Below, in pieces: positions 25,401 through 34,400 of a DNA stretch of 64,000 bases. The notes under the pieces were generated by a model. It was not told the DNA's origin and did not search any database. It saw nothing but the letters and a program-made list of their open reading frames with translations. The position numbers and the translations under genes were made by a program. The stretch is from Magallana gigas (Eukaryota). The DNA is taken from assembly GCF_963853765.1 (NCBI RefSeq), contig NC_088855.1, positions 3,906,001 through 3,970,000 on the forward strand. The letters run 5' to 3'. How positions within the stretch are numbered: the first letter of the stretch is position 1; the number at the start of each line of letters is the position of its first letter.

Positions 25401-28400
25401 CTAATTTACTGTAACTTTTTTGTTCTTCAGGAGAGGAAAGCAAGAAGGAGACTGCTGGCTATGTCAGTAAGAAAACTGATTGGCTGGTAGGGCGGGGAGG
25501 GAACCAGCCAGAGGAACCAGTCCAGGAGAAGAAGTCCGCCAGTGTTCGTCGCAGCGAAAGTGTGCATATAACCTCTACCTCCAAGCTATCCTTGAAGCCG
25601 GTTTATGAACCTAGTGGTGCTAAGTCTCAGGAGAGACGTACAACTCGCAATACTACTCAGAAGGTGCAAGAGGAGGGCATTAAAACCACCACCAAGCAGC
25701 CACAGAATACTCCTCCCCCCAGTGAAACAGGCACTGGGGATATCCAGAAAGAAAAGACACCCTTCACCAGCAATATCACAGCAAAGACTTTAACAGAGGG
25801 GACTTCAAGCAATAATGAGACTGAGAAGTCTCCTTCGCAATCTAACACTCCAAGCTCACATACTCAAGTCGATCCAAGGGAATCGGGGAAAGCCTTGCAG
25901 AAAAAGCAGGCATTGGTCAAAGACCAGGGAACCACAAAACCAAATGATCCACCATGGAAAAATATTTCGCTCAGGCGAACAGAAAGTGCTCGTGTGACAA
26001 ATTATGGCAGAGAAAAACCGCTAACTTGGAAAAGAGATGCCACGGAAAAATCTGAAAAGACTGTTCCAAAGATAGTTGTAGAGAACACAGACTCTACAGA
26101 CAAACCCACAGGATGGAGACCTGTTGTCATGGAAACAGGTACAGAGAAGAAAACAGTGAATCTTCGAAGGTGTGAGAGTGCCAGGGTGGAAAACAAAAAC
26201 AATATCGATGTCATAGCAAAGTTCCTGTCCAACTCTCAAAGCAAGGAAAAGCGCGACATGAATGACAATAAAATCCCGTCCGTTGAAACTCCTGCAAGAG
26301 ACAATGTGGTGACAAAGTTGAATTCTGAGAGCGCTGGGCTGAACAGAAGTCAGAGCATGAGGATGTTGTTTGAGAATATGGAGGCCAAGAAGAATCAGAG
26401 TCCTGCCCCAGCAGCTGTAGTGGCGGTCCACAGGCGGGATCAAGGACTGCGACGGACGTCCAGCCTGAAGGTTCTTCCAGGAGAGATGGAGTCCTTCAGG
26501 GCGGAACACAAAGCCAGGGTGAGTGTATGCTATTGATTACGGCAAGGGGGAATACTCACTCCGTATCTGTCTGTGTTATCTCTGGGGCATTCAGGAAAGG
26601 TGTAGAAAGCATATAGATAAAAAATATTTACATGTCATAGAACCTTTTTTTTCTTTTTTATTAAAATGAATAGTTTGAACTCCTTGCACATCAAAGCTAG
26701 GAAAGGGATTAGCACTCTTCTAAATCACCTTCTTTTGACTTCCAACTTTAAGAAGCCAAAGTGGCACCCGATTAATAAGATGTGGCATTATTGCCCAATA
26801 AATAGTATCAGTGTGAGTGTGTTTGATCTAGAGGTAAGCTGCAGCTCCCGGAGGAGAAGTGCCCCATCTGTCTGGTCTTATCACCAGGAACCGCTGTAGA
26901 TAGGTGTATGTATATATACTTTCTGTTTACGCTGATGATGCCACTTCACTGCCTGTGAGCTTGCAGCACCTTTTCCTTCTTTCCTTCAAAAACTATTGAA
27001 GGTCAGACAGGCAATGTGAGGAAACATCTATTGTATTCTTGCTCCCTTTTTTCTGGTTTTTGGAAATTAGGATATTATTTGTTATTCTGTTGAGAGGTAA
27101 GAATGTGTTATTGTGAATTGGTTGAATTTCTCTTTTCAACTTATTTTTTTTTTCTTCTTTTTTTTTTCTTCTGTCTATAAATATTCTGGCAAGAATACAG
27201 CATGTCTGTAGAAATAAAGATCATTTTCTTGATTTGTTCAACATAATTTATTTCTAGGTGTTCTTTGATTTTAGTCTCAGACAACAGAATGTTTTCCTCA
27301 GGTGAGGGACCAGTACCCAATTCCCCTCTCATAAAAAAAAATCTACCAAATTTTACTTTTTCATTTTATTTAAAACCCCCTTTTCTCCAATTCTTGTCGA
27401 GGATGTATATGCACCTTTTTCTCTTGTTTTTTAGATTTTCCAAACCACAATTATCATTTTCAAACTGAAATGGTAATGTGATATGTTTTTCCCTATTTGT
27501 TCTTTATGTAAGAGTATGGAATGGTAAACTGAGTTATCTGCCCTTCTGACAGATTGTGTCCAGTTAGCATGCCACTTTACCCACCTCCCCATGGGGATTC
27601 GCTGACCATATCTCACCTCCCCCTTCATGTGGAGATTACCCATGATTCTCTATCTTGTCTGACTCCTGGCTCAGTACCTGCCGATACCTGCTGATTTCTT
27701 GCGTCTCCCGCTAGTCTGCCTTCAGGCTGTATGATGTGTTTGTTTACAAAGATTTTTGTTTATCACATGGTACACAGTCAGCATCAGTTTACTGAATGCC
27801 TAAAATGTAGACAAGATGAAGGGGCCATCAATGGGGTTGTGTCTTTTATAAATCAAAATCGAGGGAATAAATAATTTGGAATATAATCGGTTTTATTGCA
27901 CTACACGCCTCTTTTCTTATCTGTTGGCTGAACTCTTCCTAATGCTGCTTAATATACCAACAGGTCTTGTGTGGATTCTTTTAAAGCTACACGCCTGTTT
28001 TATGTATTTGTTTTTCAAACTACGTACTGATTTAAATATAAATTAACCAAGTTTTGCTCACAATTTGTTTACGGTATTCGGAACATTAAGCATGAATATT
28101 TAATTCTGCAGGAAGAAGCATCCAAGTTCTCACGGTACCCAAATACTTCTGTTACCATGGCATCCTACGACACGATAGAAGATGAGGATGAACTTCACAA
28201 GTTGGTAAGTAGATCATAGAAAGGTGTATTTATAAATATTACACATCTTCCTCCCACACAGATATGTCAAGCAGTGGTAGGGATGTGAGGTGTATAATGC
28301 AGAGAGCTGTAGCCTGTCACATTGAAGTACTCATCTGAGTGAGAACTAATAGAGAGTACATACAGATCCTGGAATCTCATTCCGTCTTCATCTATCTGGG

Positions 28401-31400
28401 ACTGATGTCAGGTCAATTTCTCAGAATCCCCACACAATCCGTCACCCTCCCTGTCTGAGAATGTAGTAGACCCAGATCCTAGAATCTGTCACCCTCCATC
28501 TAATTAAGGTCAAGTCGTAAAATCTACCATTTCTACAATACATTCTACAATAACCTTTGGTACGCACTATCTGTCACCTATATAAGATTGGTTGTAGGTC
28601 AATGTAATAGAATTGACTCACACTCTGTTACCCCGTCTGTCTGAGATTGTTGCCAGGTCAATGTCTTAATTAGAATCTCCATGTAATCTGTGACCCCCTG
28701 TCTGATAATGAGGTAAGGCAACCCAACATCTGGACCATACTCATCCGCAGACAATAGCGTTCCAGTGACTTTGTAATGGTCCCAGATACAGATCAAGATA
28801 TAGCATAGCACTGACCAATTTAATCAGTATTTACCTTTACATATTTTCCTTCAGGTGTGCTATATGTATTAATCTACTTGTGCAAGATGTGCTATTTGTA
28901 TTAATTTACTTGTGCAAGATGTGCTATATGTATAAATCCAGGTGTGTAAGGTGTGGTATATGTACTCCTTCAGGTGTGTAAGGTGTGGGTATGCTGTGTA
29001 CTCTGTCTGGCCGTTACGACATTGCTATGGTATACATATATACTGCTGGTATGTGAGTTGTACTGCCTGTACCTCAGCCAATGATTAGTAAATAGTGTTA
29101 TCACAACCCTGCAGTACATTAGAAACATGGTCAGTGCCCTACCAGTGATTGGGGGTTGATTTGCACAACAGGTGAATTCCATTAGGGGTTAGTGATGCTG
29201 GTTTCTTGTTGTATTACATGTACTGGTACAAACAGAAATAGCTTTATAGGAGGAGAAAGCCTCATGTTCATTGGGGGTGGTGTTTTCAACCAGAGAACCA
29301 AAGTTGACTCTTAATTATTGTGTGTGTTTTTAAGTAGATGTTGGAGGGAGGTGATGGAATGCGATGTTGTACTTTAGCTGTTCCTGAGATGTTACGACAA
29401 ACTGCTGCCGATGGAATGTGGAACTTGAATTCCTCTTCCTACACCTGAACGCTAATGTTCATTACAATAGAGCATCTTGCCAGAACTCTGGTGACTCAGT
29501 GCTTCAGAGGAAGCCCCAACAAGGCACTGACAAGCTTCCTTCTGAGGAATTCAGGGTTTTTATCGGCTCGGCTTGTAGGATAATTAACTCAAGTCATTTT
29601 CAATTCTCTTACGCAAACCAATCTTCATGCTGTTTTCTTCCCTGTCAGGTGTTGGCAAGCTTCATGATTTCACATCTATTTACACATTGCTATTTTACCA
29701 ACAGTCAGAGGGACAAAACACATGTTCAATATTTTTTGTATTCTCAGGTTATACATGCAAGCTTACATTTACACAGGTTTTGATGAATACAGTCAGATTT
29801 TGTAGAATTCAAGTTATCAAGTCCATGCCCTCTCCCCCAATCTCTATCTAATCTGGAATTGGCACTACTCATGAAAAAATAAAGCTGTTTGTCAATGGAT
29901 AAAAAGTTGTAATTTTCTAATGTGCTTAATAGATAGCATCACATACATTTACAGCATTGTCAGAGNNNNNNNNNNNNNNNNNNNNNNNNNNNNNNNNNNN
30001 NNNNNNNNNNNNNNNNNNNNNNNNNNNNNNNNNNNNNNNNNNNNNNNNNNNNNNNNNNNNNNNNNNNNNNNNNNNNNNNNNNNNNNNNNNNNNNAATATA
30101 CAGTGCTGTTGTTTCACGCCCCCTCAGTGTTGGATAATCGATTTCACACCCTTTCTCTGTTGGATGTTCCCTGTTGTTGTTAAGTTCCTGTTGTTGTTAT
30201 GTTCCCTGCTGTGTGTTATGTTCCCTGCTGTGTGTTATGTTCCCTGCTGTGTGTTATGTTCCCTGCTGTGTGTTATGTTCCCTGCTGTGTGTTATGTTCC
30301 CTGCTGTGTGTTATGTTCCCTGCTGTGTGTTATGTTCCCTGCTGTGTGTTATGTTCCCTGCTGTGTGTTATGTTCCCTGCTGTGTGTTATGTTCCCTGTT
30401 GTTGTTATGTTCCCTGCTGTGTGTTATGTTCCCTGCTGTGTGTTATGTTCCCTGCTGTGTGTTATGTTCCCTGCTGTGTGTTATGTTCCCTGCTGTGTGT
30501 TATGTTCCCTGCTGTGTGTTATGTTCCCTGTTGTTGTTATGTTCCCTGCTGTGTGTTATGTTCCCTGCTGTGTGTTATGTTCCCTGCTGTGTGTTATGTT
30601 CCCTGCTGTGTGTTATGTTCCCTGCTGTGTGTTATGTTCCCTGCTGTGTGTTATGTTCCCTGCTGTGTGTTATGGGGGTCAGTGACAGAGTTGTCTGGCT
30701 GGAGTCCCAGGATTCTGAGATTATTCTACAGCACTAATGGAGCAGATTCTCCCTCCGATTCAGTGATATCCTGTTGTAATGGAAACTCTGCTGAAATCAT
30801 TAACAAACACACATTATCCTCATAAACTGCAGAGATTTGGGTTCCTCCCACTGCATTTATATTAACAATGTACAGTCAACAAAGGCTAAAAGCATGCTTA
30901 TTCAGTAAAGGGCAATGCTTATTATTAGGAATCCTACTCAAGTGTTTATTCAATAAATATTTGAATACATATTGCATTACAATTGTAGTCAATTTACATG
31001 CATAAGAAAAATAAACACAGGTGCATTTTCAAAGTCTCTGCAGGTGTTTTCTGCAACAATTAAGATTACAAATTATTATTTTTACTATTTGTACAAAGAT
31101 ATTTTTCATCTGTTTTTGTTGTAGCTCAGCAAATCTGAGAACTTTGAAGAAAGGAAGAAGATCCGAGCTCGTATGAAGGAAATCAGAGAGAAAAAACAGA
31201 GTAGGTCCTAAAAATATGTTTTATAGAATGCGATGATTTCTAGATAAAGTGTATCAAATTCAGATGTTAAGATTAAAGTCCAGCAGTGTAGGTTGAAGAT
31301 TGCATAACTTTTGAGATCTGTATAATAAAACATGCAAAAAATGTGCATGTGCTTTTGATCCTTCTACATAATTACAAGATTCTGCCAAAAAATTTATTTT

Positions 31401-34400
31401 CTCACATAAGAAAAAATATATTTATGTACTGTTATATTTCAATAAGAACTGTAAGTGAAGGGTACTTGAAAATGATTAACAAATCTTAGAATCACTGAAT
31501 CATTTTGTGTTACAGAGGATTGGGAGGCTAAGCGACTGCAGAGAGAAAAAGAATCTGGCGATCTCGTGAAAAAGAAGTTTGAACTAGCAGAGAAAGAGAA
31601 AGAAAAATTTCTGAAAACATTTGAACAAACGGCAAAAGAGGCGTCAGCAGAGCGGGAGAGAATTCTCCAGAAAGGTGAAGATATTCTCAAGGACAAAGTG
31701 AAGCACGCGGATGAGGACAAGAGGCGGACATTAGAGACGTTTGACAAGTTAGCCAAGCATGACGACAAAAAAGTACAGAAGACGCCAGGTGAGCTTCACG
31801 GCCCCTCCCCAAGTCTTACACCCCGTACTGTGTACTATCACTGATAATGCACACAGACGATAGATCTATAGCTCTATGAGAAATGTAGCATGGTCAGTGC
31901 TTGGTGTTTGGTATATATACTCACATTTATCATTTATATTCATAATGAGCCATATTCTCATATATTTATTTATATAATCGACATATTGCATGGATTAATC
32001 TTTCAAATCTTTACTAATGAATATATATATCAGAGATCTCCTTTTAAATTAGGGGGGAAAATGAGGGACACTCTTTAGCAATAATTTGCACTGCTTAAAA
32101 TTTATACAGGGACTTATAAACTTGGGTTCTGGGACTTCTTTACTAACTCCCACTATTTCTTCTATTTAACGGTAGATGGAGTCATTCGGACCACAATAAT
32201 CAAAGATTCAATATTAACCCCTGGAGATTCCTCCAAGTACATCTCAGGTAACCTCCCCTTTCTGTGACAGTTGTAGCTGATTCACTCTCTTTAAATAATT
32301 ATCTTCTTACTTATTCTTTTATTATTATATCTTTACTATTCTCATATCTTATTTACCAAATTAATCGATATTTATAGCAGTTATTACATTTATTTTATTC
32401 CTGTAATTTTGAACATTCATATTTTGAAGTCAAGTATGATGGGTAAAACATCAGGGGACATAAGTAGATATTGAACACGATAAAATACATCCCTGTGCAC
32501 TGTGCAGGCTAAATAACTGATTCATCTGAATGATAACAGCTGGTGTTTGCAGTTTAATTACATAGTAGTCTTGTGTAATTCATGAATTGTCAAATCAGAT
32601 TGTAGCTGTAATGGCTTCCCCACGTATCTGTTTTCAAAGCATGCTTGACTTCCCCCTAACGTGTGCATGAGTTACATGTGTGTTTTCCTTTTTGTACGCA
32701 CCTTGGAACAGAAGAAGCAGCCACATTTTTGACCAATCAGCTGATCAATACCTTATCCCCCATAACCAGTGGCAACATAACCATCAAAACCGAGTCCTGG
32801 AACAGCCGAGATGGCATCACAAACACGACTCAGAAATCGCAGTCGTGGGGAGGTAGCAAAACATTTTCTTCTGTTTTGACATGGAGGTGTACAGTAGGAT
32901 TGGATCTGGTTTCTGTTTTGTGCTTAGATTGATATCTGCATATTAGTGCATATGTTTGTACCTGTTAATAAATGTAGGTCTTTTGATGTGTAGTGGAACT
33001 AATTAATAGGATTTTACATATATACATTTATAGGAACATAAATTGATAAGTGATCAGAGATTTAGATACGGGGGGGAATGGACGGTTGTGTTGGCTTGGT
33101 ATCAATTAAATAATCAAGTGTTGATGCACCAATCATTAGCAAAGTATATTTCCTTAAATCAAAGGCCAAAAGGTCACACGGAAAACAGATCAAGGAACCC
33201 ACACATGCACATGTCTATAGATAACAAGCATTGGCAATGTGTGTCTATAAATTCATGTAAAACACTTCCAGGCAGAATTGTTCCCTTTATCAGACAATAC
33301 TGGTGGCCTTGAATGTGTTCTAAGGTTAAGATTACAGTTAAAAAAGAGACACACTGTAGAACTGGTAATTGATGCCCTCACTATCAGAAAATTCACAGAC
33401 AACACAAAGTTTTGAAAATTCAATACTCTATTTGAAATAAGATCTCAATTGACTTGTTCAGCTTCATAAGAATGAACAATTCGAAACTGTTTTGGCAAAC
33501 TTGATTAGTGTAGCAACATTGTGAAAGCTTGTGAAACTGGTAATATACTGCAGTCAGTTGAAGCAAATTCAAGAAACCAATCAGTCATGATGTCATCTTG
33601 CTTACACTTAAACTGCTGTTTTGGCATTCCTGCGAGATGCAGAACTCAGGCGGGTTTTTGGCAATGTCTCCGATACCTCAACAATCTGGAATCAATTATT
33701 GGCGTAAAATAGATACATGTTTTGATGCAAACTGTATTGGCAGTATTATGTAAAGGACTCGGTATTGGTACTAAGTACTTTTACAGCAGGTGTAATAAAA
33801 CTGATTGATTGCACAACACAATCCTTATCTACGAGTCAACTGATTTGAAGTGATTGGAGAAATGTGTATGGAGATATTCTTATGATATTGCAATTTGTGT
33901 AAATTATTACAATGTATTATTTTGAACCTGGATTCTGCGATTTTTAACGTTGGAGTTTTATTTTCTTTCTTGAAGCCAAACCATCTGGGCCCCAAGGAGC
34001 GAAGGCCATGTTCCAGAAGATGGACAATGCCGCACCCAAACCAAAGTATGTATTAGATGATCAGAGTTAAGCTTGATCTGAAGAAGTTAATCCCCCGTTG
34101 GATTATTTGTTCTGTGTTTGAATTATGAGTTCTTGATATCAATGATACATGTAGGCCTGATAGTCAAGATCTGAAGGACGCCCCTCAATCCTTCAGTGTG
34201 AAGTATTTGATCATGCTCTCAGACAGTTGAAGCATTCTGATCAAACACTCCTCTAGCTTTAAATAAACTGGGTGGCTGTCTGATGATCAAGTGGGTACCA
34301 GGTATGGATTTACACACTTTGTCGTTTGACCGCCCCAGAAGAACCTAGGAGTGGGGGTACCGACCTGTTTGGTGGGGGATGGAAGATATACACTTATTGG

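Noticed and set aside
30165-30672. CRISPR-like regular repeat array
   Set aside because: Units are directly abutting with no unique spacers, there are no cas genes, and the context is eukaryotic.
29920-30825. Cys-rich ORFs of 187-242 aa (MFPAVCYVPCCVLCSLLC repeats) resembling metallothionein or keratin-associated proteins
   Set aside because: They are translations of a stop-free 19-bp minisatellite, open in all three plus frames, inside a smoothelin intron and next to an N gap.
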